A DNA stretch of 63,421 nucleotides, counting the filler, from Stramenopiles sp. TOSAG23-6 (taxonomy: Eukaryota): assembly GCA_900128565.1 (NCBI GenBank). It is 17 parts of 17 records of this genome, joined end to end, with 100 filler letters (N's around TTAATTAATTAA, not from the genome) between each part and the next. Parts side by side here need not be neighbours in the genome. Positions count along the whole stretch, not along the records: positions 1 to 3,657 come from LT637419.1; positions 3,758 to 7,409 come from LT637420.1; positions 7,510 to 11,160 come from LT637421.1; positions 11,261 to 14,908 come from LT637422.1; 13 more parts are not named here. One strand, 5' to 3'. Under the pieces are notes generated by a model that had not been told where the DNA came from, did not search any database, and was given only the letters and a program-made list of their open reading frames with translations. The first letter of the stretch is position 1, and every line of letters starts with the position of its first letter. Positions 1-11,350 of the stretch are shown in pieces. The position numbers were made by a program, and so were the translations under genes.

Positions 1-404
1 CAAGTATGTAATCTACCGTTTGGAGCAAAGGTTGAAGTTTCGTGTATTGCTTCTGTCTAAGGTAATCAATAAATATATGCACTGAAATATATATCTGGGT
101 GCGTTTTTAGTACATATTTATAATAAATATGGAAACATAGAAACTCTCAATTTTGTTTGAAATTTTTTTATTTCACGAATTTGAAATTTTTCGGGATTTC
201 GATGCGATTTAGATTTCCGGATTCGTGGGCTGAACTATGAAGGAAAAAAAACACGTCATTTATTTATAAAAAAAAATTTTTTAAAACTCGCTCAAAAAAA
301 ACAACCACACACTCTGACCTCGTGGGTAAGAAGAAGAAGTTGTAGTATCGCAAATCCTTCATCCACTAGTTCGTGCATATTTCCCGAGGTAATACTCTAA
401 AGCC

Positions 405-1606
405 ATGAAATGTCCATCGCTTTATTCGCTTAAGCACAAACTTGTATATAAAACAAATCCTAGACAGATTGCTGTAGAGGATTGGAGACTAGGTGTGTTG
501 AGTATCCTAATTCAGGTGGCTGTCGTCATTCTTCTTCTCTTAAAGTTATGGGTAAATTTTGGTTATGCGAAGGTTACAATTCCTCGTTTTACTTGCAAGA
601 ATAATGTGCATATTTCAGAAGCTAAATTTTTGAATAGGGATCTCAAGGATTCTGAATTCTGTCTAAATGCATCAACACTAAGCGACACACTAAGCATACC
701 TCCAGCAGTTGCTTCGAAACAAGAACCAACAGAACCAACATCTCTTCAGCCTGCCCGCTTTCTTTCTTTAAGAGATCCGGCAAAGCAAAAGTACAAATGT
801 AAATTTTTGGATAATACATCACTTGTGTATCCAGTTGAAGATATGTTTTATTCGTTTATTGCTACTAGAATAACTGTAGAACGTTATGAAAAAAAACCAA
901 AAGGTGATGGAAGCGGAGGTGACAAATGGAAACAAACTAATTTGGATAATCCTGAAACATCACTTATTGCTGGTGTTCAATTTGCGACTTTGAGACTTAG
1001 CCACACTCTGATAGCTGCTCCAGACGATTTCTTTGGTTCTGGTCATTCTTATATTGAAACATTTAATAATGAAACTAAAGGTTATTTAGAAGCTTTTGGT
1101 AGTGACGCGATAGAAAAAAGCTTTATTCACCCATGTGACTTCTATAAAAGAAAGAGAGTAGAGTGTCCAGATTATTTCCGGGTAAAATAACTTACGATTG
1201 TTCTAAAGAAGATGGTGTGGGGCAATTTCCATGTAGTTGCACTTCAACTAAAGCCCCTAAGGATGATATTATTGCAATTGGTACACTTTTAGATATGGCT
1301 GGTATCAGTCTTAAAGATAAATCGAAGTCAGCTAGCGGGGAAATTAATTGGTATTCAGGTGTTACATTACTAGTAAAAGTTGAGTATAGCAATATGTACA
1401 GTGGTATAAACCTAGGTTTGAATGAATTACGTTACGTGATTTCAGTCGAGCATATCGATCATATGGAGTACAAAGTACGTCAACCTTATGACGAAACTTC
1501 TTCGACCAAAGTAATATATAATCGCCATGGACTTCGTTTGATTATTATGATTTCGGGTCGATATGGTTCTCCCCATTTTGATACTAATGAGTGGCTGGAG
1601 AAATAA
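405..1606 (+). CDS. P2X purinergic receptor-like protein, frameshifted near 1163-1190 and lacking TM2 (possible pseudogene or assembly indel)
   Basis: N-terminal YKT..IAVEDWRLGVLSILIQ plus TM1, and NRHGLRLIIMISGRYG, resemble P2X motifs; two overlapping ORFs in different frames. Confidence 0.7.
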
Positions 1607-2099
1607 TATGGAGTATCACCGAATCAGTAGAATAAGCGGTGAATATGAAGTAAGATTTAAAGTCTTGGGAATTTCTGGGGTACCAAAAGATGAATCTATT
1701 CGTGGATCTGTTGGTTCATATCTTGTAATGACGTGTAACTTCCAGAAATATAAAACACATAAACAATTTGATACATTAAATCTAAAATTCAAAGAGGATA
1801 ACGAATTTACTTTTAAAGTACAATCACCTGGTTTACCAGGAAATGATTTAAAATTGTTTGTATACCGTCGATCAAAAGTTTGTTCGAGTGATACATGTGT
1901 ATCATTCAAATCTTTGAATTTGCAAGAGGTTATCGATGTAGACGGAAAGCATTTGACTTGCGACGGAACTTTACATGATTTAATCATTGATCTGCGTAAT
2001 GAAGGTTTCAGTGCTCCGTCTAAACCGTGCCAAGTTACTGCAATAATTTCAATTTCGAACACTTTGTTAAAATCTAAAAAAAATATGGAAGAACCTTAA
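1563..2099 (+). CDS. C2-domain-like protein or segment overlapping the P2X 3' end
   Basis: VRFKVLGISGVP..SYLVM..QKYKT..NEFTFKV..LKLFVY pattern typical of C2 domains. Confidence 0.55.
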   Translation: MVLPILILMSGWRNNMEYHRISRISGEYEVRFKVLGISGVPKDESIRGSVGSYLVMTCNFQKYKTHKQFDTLNLKFKEDNEFTFKVQSPGLPGNDLKLFVYRRSKVCSSDTCVSFKSLNLQEVIDVDGKHLTCDGTLHDLIIDLRNEGFSAPSKPCQVTAIISISNTLLKSKKNMEEP

Positions 2100-2168
2100 A
2101 AAGTTTAATTTATAAAATGTGTTTTTGTTAACATTTCTTTGTTATATATAATACACGAAAAAATATAC

Positions 2169-3655
2169 TCATGTAGCATAATATTTTCTTTTTTCTCTCC
2201 ATGCCTTCTCACTTTCTTTCATCACGGACAAAATTTGTGTCACAGATCGACGCACCATTGTTAATTCTGGTGGGCGCCTCCAGTAAGAATAACATGCAAA
2301 ACTATTATTCAGTTTTAAGCGTGGCTGGTCCTTGATGACTTGAAGAGACATCTCCATCTTTGACCTTTTTAGCTTCCAGATTTCTCCACGACTCAAAAGT
2401 CTAATCAAGTCAATGCTCACACTATCTTCAGTGTCACCATCATCATATTGTACTGATACGACAGTTGTTGACCCGGATCCAGACAAAACCGATGTAATTA
2501 GACCTGGATGCCAAATAATTTGATTCTTATTTTTCTCGTCAGTTTCGCCAATCACCTCTATACGATCACCTTCATAGTATGAAACTACATTTCGAAAATC
2601 TTCCACATCTATAATTTTTGTCATGCTGATATCTTCATCAAATTTAGTATGCTCAAATTGTTGTGCATTCAATGAAACATGTAACAGTGCATTTCCATGT
2701 GTTGACATTGTTGGGCTTAATAAACTTAGCTCATTTTCACTTACATATGTTGCCCGAACTTGATGGCTCTCTCCAGAATCAAGCATTGTAAACGAAACTG
2801 AAATATTTTTTGTGTCTATAAATCCATTACCAAATACTTTCAGAGGTGACTTACCAACAACGCAGCCATGAGATGGCTTTACAAAGTCAATACTTGGAAG
2901 AGGGTAAATTTTAAATGTACTTCCAGCTCGTATAGTCGGGGCTTCTTTTATATTTTGATTTTTTGTTGTTTCAATTGGTGAAGTGGTTGCTTTATCACTG
3001 CAACGAGTACGCGGTTGAGTACCTGCCTTATTTTGTTTGTAAGAAAAAGCTTTTTCACTCACTGAAGATCGTAGTTGTAAATTGGATTTTCCATTGCTAC
3101 TAGATTTATCTTCAACTTCACTTTCTTTACTGTTAAGTATATCTTTTGAGTTTTGCTGGTTAACTTTAATTTGATTAATTCCAACCGACCAGTTTAATCC
3201 GTCGTCAAATGAAATCGAAACATCAAAACTCAGACACTGCTTTGAAACACAAATATACTTCAAATTACGAAAATCTGGCGTANNNNNNNNNNNNNNNNNN
3301 NNNNNNNNNNNNNNNNNNNNNNNNNNNNNNNNNNNNNNNNNNNNNNNNNNNNNNNNNNNNNNNNNAATGAATTTATAAAACCATCGTCTTCTATCCAAAT
3401 TTTGGTTGAACCACCTAACGGTCCACAGTTTGGGTGTATATTTTTGACCACAGTAAGACCAAATGACATAAGTCTTAATGGTGTTGGTAGGTGTAGCCAT
3501 TGTTCAACTTTATCCGCATTATCATCTGCGGAGTTACATTTCTTCATCAATACTGTGACGTCGATTTTATCTTCACCATATGGAAGACGCGGACAAGAGC
3601 ATCGGACATTTGTCCTGCCCAATTTCAAATCATCTCTACTAATGACAGCTGGCAC
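2169..3655 (-). CDS. IPT/TIG-repeat protein with Tudor-like domain (5' partial, spans an N gap)
   Basis: IHPNCGPLGGSTKIWI..GF and VKPSHGCVVGKSPLKVFGNGF (IPT); WHPGLIT..VQYDDGDTEDSV (Tudor-like). Confidence 0.6.
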
Positions 3656-3757
3656 AGNNNNNNNNNNNNNNNNNNNNNNNNNNNNNNNNNNNNNNNNNNN
3701 NTTAATTAATTAANNNNNNNNNNNNNNNNNNNNNNNNNNNNNNNNNNNNNNNNNNNN

Positions 3758-3809
3758 ACAAAATTTCGTACGAAAAAAAAATCGAATTTGAAAAAAAAAT
3801 AAAACATAC
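3758..3809 (-). other. Family intron, truncated by contig edge
   Basis: GAT|GTATGTTTTA..CAAATTCGA..CGTACGAAATTTTGT on the minus strand. Confidence 0.75.
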
Positions 3810-4539
3810 ATCGCTATCTTCTAAAAACAGTTTTAATTCACTGAGATCTATACCATCCCCATCAGTATCCATTTCTTCAAGTATTTTATACCCATTTCCA
3901 CCATCTTTTTCATATATTTTCATAGCAGTTTTTAATAACAGAATACTATGCATTTTGGAAAAATATTTCAAAAAAAAAATTAAATTTGTTAGGTACAACA
4001 TTTCGTACGAAAAAAAAATCGAATTTGAAAAAAAGCTCTCGAGCATCGAATTCATCTGCAGCTGTATCAGCAATAAGTTTTATTACTAGAATACCACCCG
4101 AAAGCATCATGCATAGGGCAACACGAAGGGTCTTTGGAGTCTCATCTTTCCAAAATTCCATCACCCAAATAAACTTGATAAATTTACCTATTAGAAACAA
4201 TACCCCAGCATAGAAACCAATATCCTTCCATGCTTTTTGTATGAACCAATGCCACATTGCTGCTTTACCTGGACGATGTACATGTTTTGACCATATTAAT
4301 AAATCATTCATTGTAAGAGCACTACCTTCTTCTCGTGGAATTTCATCGTATATTTGCTTTTGTAATGAACGTGAGATACTGACACCACTCTCCGACAATA
4401 ATTGTTCAATCATATTTAACGCCTCAGCTTCACTAATACCGCCCACTTTTCTTTTTAAATCAGTCAAAGCGGGATTTAATGTGTATTGTTTTGATATAGT
4501 GGCAATCGGTGCCACTTTTGCAGACTTAGTATCCGACAT
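3810..4539 (-). CDS. EF-hand-like membrane protein, partial (exons 4539-4045, 3947-3810)
   Basis: Two hydrophobic segments, then EMDTDGDGIDLSELKLFL; exons join in frame across intron 3948-4044. Confidence 0.45.
3948..4044 (-). other. Family intron, putative GC...AT (97 nt)
   Basis: Family core and AAAATGCAT end; GAT|GC donor gives in-frame EFD|SILL; donor is atypical. Confidence 0.5.
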
Positions 4540-4879
4540 GGCGTGAATCGACCCGTCAACGGGTAAATGTGAGTATATAATATTACGTATATTTAGTATC
4601 AAGAAACAGTCAGTTACACTTACTAAAGAATGCAAAGGAAAGTTCTTTGAACCAAAAACCCCCGAAAACAGATAAATTCCCAAATTACCGTAAAAAAACT
4701 CCACGACGACACGAAATCTCAGATTTAATTTTCAATTCAAATGACAAAAAAAAATTAAAAAAATTCATTCCATTTTGTATCATCGATAAATCAAATTGCG
4801 ATGCTTTTCCGACTAATTTACGTCTAATTTACCATAGAGATCATGCACAAATGATCCAACGAACAGAAAACTGAAGATT

Positions 4880-5913
4880 ATGGAGGATAACCAGATATCG
4901 CCAAATAAGCAGGACACTTCAATACATACTTTATATGAGGGGGTTTTACAAAAACTTGGTCAGCGTGGCAAAATGTGGATGAAACGTCAATTTGTGTTGT
5001 TAAGTGACGGTTCTTTTTTTTCTTGCAAAGTTGGCGTAAAACGCTACGATCCTTCAAATGGATCTTCACCAATTAAGTCATTCAATATTTTGAAATGTTT
5101 GATTAACAATAATTCGAATGAATTAAATCAAACGTCAAGCCGAATCGCCACTCGCATATATTCTATCACCATTGTGGCATCAGACGGACGTTGTCTAAAA
5201 CTTGGGTCTCTTGACCCAGCTGTTCTTGAAAAGTGGCTTGAAATATTGCATCTCACAAAGTTTCAGTTACAACAAAAAGAGAAACATAAAAAAATGGAAC
5301 GAATACTGAAGCTTCCAATTGGTCATACTGATGCTCAAGCTTTCCATGTACGTTTTATATAAATTTCTAATTTAATTTTTTTTTCATACGAAATTTCGTA
5401 CCTAACGATTTTTTTTTGTAAATGTTTTTTTTCACAATCCATAGCAAATCATCTGATAGAAAATCAGAGGGTATACATACAACGAACGAAATTTTTCTTT
5501 GGGACGAACAATGGCAAGCATCTCGTGGAACGTCTAGCACATATCCCATTTCAGCATATGATGGTGTACTTGGTTTAGATTCTTCGATTCCTAGTTCTAT
5601 AAGAACTCGCATTTCAAAGTTAAAATTAGAATTTGAAGTACAAAAAAGTTTCGATAAATTCGTATTTCGTGTAGTAGAAAATCTATTTTATAGACCAGGT
5701 AGCGTAAAAATAACACCAGCACCGGAATGGTTTTTGACACGAAATTCACCAATACCTCAGCAAGGTCGTATGTTCTGCGTTGCTGGGATTCCTCTTAATA
5801 TTGCAGTATGTAGTCGACATGCTAAGCAATGTACGTTTTAAAAATTGAATTTCAAATTTATATATTTTTTTCATACGAAATTTCGTACCTAACAATTTTT
5901 TTTTTTTTTTACC

Positions 5914-5944
<31 letters not shown>

Positions 5945-7325
5945 TTTCACGAAACATTAAAGTTAGAGACTCGTGGAATTCGACTTCTTCGCGAAAATTT
6001 ACCTGAAATAGTTCGAGTCCCACTAACGTCACTTGTAAGTTGCTGTGGTATGACTATACTTGCAATGGCACCATTACCGCTGGATAATAATCCTATGCTA
6101 CTTGTTGGTGCTGTTGTGAGCGCACCAACTCCAGATCGAGTATATTTTCATCATGAATTTTTTACCTAATTTTTGTTTCGTACGAAATGTTGTACCTAAC
6201 AAATTTAAGTTTTTTTTTGAATATTTTTCACAATACGAGTGACAATTGTAAAATCAAAATGTATGTTTTATTTTTTTTTTTAAACAAAAAAATCGAATTT
6301 TTTTTCGTACGAAATGTTGTACCTAACAAATTTTAGTTTTTTTTTGAAATATTTTTCCAAACTACATTTCCCTACACTGACTCTGATTTTAAAAAGCATC
6401 TACCGGACACTTTATCTCTTACTTGTAACCCTTATCCAAGGATTCTTGGTATGACGAAGGCCCAACAATTAAAACCAATAATGGGCTCTGATGTAGAATG
6501 GAAACTGGACATAACAGGTACTAATCCAGTTTATACAACAAAGACTGCGAAGTATGGTGATTTATTCATAGAATGGGGAGGCGTAGAAAATCCCTTTTGG
6601 ATTTTTCGATCAGGGGCAATGGTGTATATGTATAATGCGTCGAAGACAATTCAGGATATGATTCATTTTTCCCAAGAGCAAGAACCGACGATGCCAAGTG
6701 ATTGGCTTCCAATAAAGAATAAAATAACAATTTCTGGCGAACTTGGCAAATTAAGTCAATGGGAACCGGAAAAACAATTCAAGTGTTTCATTTTACAAGA
6801 AGAGCGACAAAATTTAACTTTAAAAAAATTTGATTTGGTTCGTTCGGGCTTACCTTTGGTCAATGGAACATATACGAGATATAGACCCGACGACGATGAT
6901 GATAAAGTTATATACGTTCAAGAAACACCTCATAATTTGTACAATATTTTTAAATATGAAGATGATGGAGATTTTAAGGAAGGCATGTGGATTCTTCGAC
7001 ACACTGCTGAGGAAACCGGAAAAGAATATTGGGTTTTTTTCGCTAAAGTAGGAGACAAAGCGGACTGGATAACATCTCAAACGAAATGGTATTCGTATTC
7101 AGATGCTCCATTTGATATACCATCTATGCGCATCGATGGAGTGAAGGTAGCAAAACCAAATTGTTTCATGAATAAAAGTTATTACATTGCACCGGAAATA
7201 CAAGCAAGTTCAGCAATAACAGATGCAACAGAAGGAGAAACTTCATCAGAAATTGTAGGATTTTCTGTCAATGGGCTCAATCATGAATTGAATGGTGAAT
7301 ATGAAAAATCCGCAGAGGAAGATAT
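4880..7325 (+). CDS. PH-domain plus Clu/TIF31-like domain protein, 3' partial (exons 4880-5347, 5443-5830, 5958-6139, 6239-6260, 6368-7325)
   Basis: YEGVLQKLG..WMKRQFVL..EKWLEIL (PH); spliced HAKQLKLETRG..VPLTSLV..ILAMAPLP resembles Clu; all five exons join in frame. Confidence 0.65.
5348..5442 (+). other. Family intron GT...AT (95 nt)
   Basis: TCCAT|GTACGT...CACAATCCAT|AGC; using the AG at 5443-5444 would frameshift into a stop. Confidence 0.85.
5831..5957 (+). other. Family intron GT...AT (127 nt)
   Basis: CAAT|GTACGT...GAAACAT|TA restores the Clu-like frame. Confidence 0.8.
6140..6238 (+). other. Family intron GT...GA (99 nt)
   Basis: TCGA|GTATAT...CACAATACGA|GTG; direct repeat CGAGT; the AG alternative gives an immediate TGA. 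Confidence 0.75.
6261..6367 (+). other. Family intron GT...AT (107 nt)
   Basis: AAAT|GTATGT...ACTACAT|TT joins in frame to ORF 6451. Confidence 0.8.
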
Positions 7326-7409
7326 GTATGTTTTATTTATTTTTTTTTTTTTTGTATGATTTTTTTTTCGTACGGAATTTTGTACCTAACAATTTTAGTT
7401 TTTTTTTTT
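7326..7409 (+). other. Family intron, truncated by contig edge
   Basis: TAT|GTATGTTTTA...CGTACGGAATTTTGTACCTAAC. Confidence 0.75.
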
Positions 7410-7510
7410 NNNNNNNNNNNNNNNNNNNNNNNNNNNNNNNNNNNNNNNNNNNNTTAATTAATTAANNNNNNNNNNNNNNNNNNNNNNNNNNNNNNNNNNN
7501 NNNNNNNNNT

Positions 7511-9653
7511 TGTGGTGGGATTGATATAGCAAATTGGGAAATAGATGATAAAAAAATTCGTAATGTTCGTGTATGTTTTATATGAATTTCTAATTGATTT
7601 TTTTGTTTTGGTTTTCATACGAAATTTCATACCTAACAAATTTAAGTTTTTTTTTTTGAAATATTTTTTCACAATTCGTGCTGGTGTTGAAAGTGCTTTA
7701 AGTTTTGCCAGTTCATATATTGGAATTGGAGGATTTCGTGATCGAAGAAATCATGGCCAATCTCAAGAATATATTCATAATGAAATTAAATATAGGATTT
7801 TAGTATTAAGACCATTTGTCATTATAAATATGAAACGTTTTGATGAAGATAATGATGAAAATGTTGAAAGACAAAAGAATTCTCTTGATACAAAATATCA
7901 AAAACATCAAAAACATCAAAAACATCAAAAACATCAAAAAACAAATGATAATAATTCTGTAAAAAGACAAAATACACCTATACAATATAAAAATCATAAA
8001 CATCAAAAACATCAAAAATTATCTGCAGTGATCACATCTGTACCAAATTTCTTACTTAATGCTTTAGTCGTTCAGTTACGTGATGGTGAAATTTCTTGTG
8101 AAGTTGAAAGTGAATCATTTATTATTGAACCATCTCGTAAAAGTTTTTTGTACTTACTTTTATTACCTAAAGAGAAAAATGAAAACAAAATGCCAATGTG
8201 GTTAAAAAATAATTTTTCTAGACAATTTCGTTGTGTCGAATTCGATTGGACAAATCAAAAAAACCCTAACTCTAAAACAGTAAACCCTAACCCTACAAAT
8301 TCTGAACACTCTACTGTTATTGCAACAGACAATATATCAATACAACAAACTGTACCTACATTGAATATCCATACATCTAACCCTAACCCTAATGATTCTA
8401 TACAGGATGATAAAAAACATAAAAATACTACAGAAAATGAATTTATCAATTTAAATTTTGATCAGTATAAATATATACTAGGTATTGGTGGTATTGGTGG
8501 AACCCTAGACACTCTAGAACAAAATGATACAAAAAATAGTACAAAAATTTCAAAAATGTCTAAAAATATTAAAAAAATGTGGCACAGTACAAGTTTCAAA
8601 GCATTAATAAGTCGACAACGAAGACGGAACCCTAACCCTAACAACTCTTCTTCTACTAAATATTCTACAAAAAATACAAATTTTGATGTGTCAAATGTTA
8701 ATCAATTTCAAAAAACACAAAATTCTCACAATCCTAAAAACCCTAAAAACCCTAAAAACCCTAAAAGAAAAACACAAATTGTATCGCGTTCAAATAGTTT
8801 GAGATTTCGTGATTTCCCAAGACAATTATCAAATACAAATTGTTTGAATTACAACCAAGCAGATAAAAAATCTGTTATTGAAATTTGGAAAATGAACAAT
8901 GTAATTAATGCAGATACATATTATTCATTATATGGATTAGATAATTCATGTTCTTGGGCTGCCGTTGCTCTTGTTCCAGTCATCTCAGAGTATACTATCG
9001 ACAACACGAATTCTAAAAAAAATAGCAACACGAATTCTAAAAAAGATGGACATTCATTTATTCATTTTCCTTATACTGAATGTTGTACTACAATGACAAA
9101 TGAAAAGAATCAAAGTTCTATAATCATTCAAAAAGATACATGTACGTTGATTTTAAAATGTATTTTTAAAATGTATTTTTAAAATGTATTTTTAAAATGT
9201 ATTTTTGTTTATTTTTGTGTCTAATTTGTATTTTTGAAATGCATTATTCAATAATTGTAGTATATATTCCATTTCATAAGTAAATTCTATACCTAACAAA
9301 ATATGTTTTTTTAAAATGACATATTTTTCCAAAATACATGTACACCTATCCATCGAAATTCAACAAAACTTCTAAAGAAAATATCTGCTGTCAAATCTAT
9401 TATGAAACTTTTGGATCATCACCAGAGAAAAAATAGTCACAAACCTGCTCGTGGAGAACAACGTGTGAAAAAAGTGATTTCTATACAGCGAATTAATACA
9501 AGAGACAGTTTTGTATCAACAAGTGAAAATGAATTAATTGAAGACACTAACCCTAACCCTATTGATTCAATTGGAAAATCAATAAATATAAACGACACTC
9601 CTACGTGGGCAAAAACGTTACGACATCGTTGGAACGAACCTGAAAACCTCTAA
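7511..9653 (+). CDS. Hypothetical low-complexity protein, 5' partial (exons 7511-7570, 7680-9141, 9340-9653)
   Basis: Exons join in frame; KHQ, NPK and NPNP repeats; no domain recognised. Confidence 0.55.
7571..7679 (+). other. Family intron GT...GT (109 nt)
   Basis: TTCGT|GTATGT...CACAATTCGT|GCT; direct repeat TTCGTG; in-frame RNVR|AGVE. Confidence 0.75.
9142..9339 (+). other. Family intron GT...AT (198 nt, with internal TTTTAAAATGTAT repeats)
   Basis: ATACAT|GTAC at both junctions; joins in frame to ORF 9402. Confidence 0.8.
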
Positions 9654-9825
9654 ACCTAAGGATATTTTAAATTTATTGATTTCATTGGACAATCAACTTC
9701 AAAAAAAACAAAAAAAAATATTAATTTCCTGCTCTTACAATCAACTTGGTATAATAATTAGTACAAATATAGTTAAAAAATGTCAATACCACGTCATTTA
9801 AATAAATGTAATATGTACTTTATAA

Positions 9826-10623
9826 CTATTGTAAAGTAAATGAGTTTTTGATTTCATCTAATTTTTGTTGTGCGATAAACTGAATGTAATTTCGTTCTGC
9901 TTGAATCCCAGCAATATCGGGTGTATTTAGGTACACTTTACCTTGTATTTGTCTTTTTGCTGAATGAGGTGATGCATAGGAATGAAATCCCAGTTTATTT
10001 CCAATCCATTTTGCTTTATTTTTTCTATATTTTTCATATTCGAGCTTTTTTCTATCCACAAAGGGAGCGGAAGAATTTAAGTAAATATTTCTTTGTAGAT
10101 AATCTCGAGCTCCTTTTTTACTCGCTGGAGTAAAAGCTGGCCTGTTTTTAAGTTTTTCTTTTATATCATTGACTTTCTTTCTAGAAAGTTTCTTCTTATT
10201 TATATTATGTAGTTTACAGCGAAGAGACGCTTGTCTTTTTATTATATCTTTTCTAACTGAACGCAATTGAACAAGATCATCAAAACTTGAACCTAGGAGT
10301 GATTCATCTCTGAAACTAGACGTACAACCAGTATCAGTATGAAAATAACTACGTACAGTATTTGGTGTTTTCAATGGGGTTAATGAGTGTTTTGAGACTT
10401 TATTTGTAGTATGAAGGTCAGCAGTCAGCTTTGTGTTTTTATTCATTGTAGCTGTTCTCATTTCGTCATTTGTTGAACTATCCAGTATATTTTTGAATCG
10501 TTTAGATTGAAAAACTTTTATTGTTTCATCACGGGATAAACGAACGATGGAAGGGTCTGTGAGAATATCTGGGAAATGCCGTGCATATCGAAAATCTAAA
10601 GCATCAAACTGGCGAGTACTCAT
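9826..10623 (-). CDS. Hypothetical basic protein
   Basis: Long intronless ORF starting MSTRQF; no motif recognised. Confidence 0.5.
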   Translation of the reverse strand: MSTRQFDALDFRYARHFPDILTDPSIVRLSRDETIKVFQSKRFKNILDSSTNDEMRTATMNKNTKLTADLHTTNKVSKHSLTPLKTPNTVRSYFHTDTGCTSSFRDESLLGSSFDDLVQLRSVRKDIIKRQASLRCKLHNINKKKLSRKKVNDIKEKLKNRPAFTPASKKGARDYLQRNIYLNSSAPFVDRKKLEYEKYRKNKAKWIGNKLGFHSYASPHSAKRQIQGKVYLNTPDIAGIQAERNYIQFIAQQKLDEIKNSFTLQ

Positions 10624-10990
10624 TTTAATTTTTTTTATTAACTTTTTTTCCTTTTTTTTTTTCTCTTTTTTTTGTCTCAATTGCAAATGTGTAACCGTCT
10701 AATAATATTCCGCCAATTTCTCAATTTAAAAAATTATTGTGTCAACATTCTGTCAACAATCGTCAACAATCTCTCTCTCGAGATGATCGATCACGAGCAA
10801 GAAGAAGATTAACACAGTGTCACAGTTTCTCTCTCTCTCTCTCTCTCTCTGAAGTCTTGGAAAAGTTCAGTTGCTTTTATTTATTGAAATCTTTTCAATT
10901 CCAGGAAAAGTATTTACAAAACTATCATTGTATCATTTCTTCTTAATCATCTCTTCGTGTAATTAGTATTTATTGTAGAAGTCTCACTCT

Positions 10991-11160
10991 ATGGGTCATG
11001 TATTCTCATATTTAAAAGGGAATCGCCCACCTTCAGATGTTTTTATCGACTTTGAAAATGCTAAAATTGATGAGCGATCATCAGATCTTGCCAAAGAAGT
11101 GAATGACTTAATGAAGCGAGGAAATAGTGTTTTAGAAGAAGTAAGAACGTATGGAAAAGG
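10991..11160 (+). CDS. CYRI/FAM49 family protein, N-terminal fragment
   Basis: MG start and VFIDFENA..L..Y.K match the FAM49 N-terminus. Confidence 0.75.
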
Positions 11161-11260
11161 NNNNNNNNNNNNNNNNNNNNNNNNNNNNNNNNNNNNNNNN
11201 NNNNTTAATTAATTAANNNNNNNNNNNNNNNNNNNNNNNNNNNNNNNNNNNNNNNNNNNN

Positions 11261-11350
11261 ATATTTCAAAAAAAAAAACTTAAATTTGTTAGGTACAAAA
11301 TTTCGTACGAAAAAATAAATAAATTCGAAATTAAAAAAAATAAAACATAC
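11261..11350 (-). other. Family intron, truncated by contig edge
   Basis: AAT|GTATGT...GTACCTAAC...GAAATAT. Confidence 0.75.

Noticed and set aside
3658-3757. N-run, TTAATTAATTAA, N-run recurring every ~3.7 kb (16 times)
   Set aside because: Artificial contig spacer with stops in all six frames; not biological, and gene order across it is meaningless
5348-6367. Regularly recurring palindromic repeat as a CRISPR array or bacterial REP element
   Set aside because: Sequences between copies are in-frame eukaryotic exons of variable length; no cas genes
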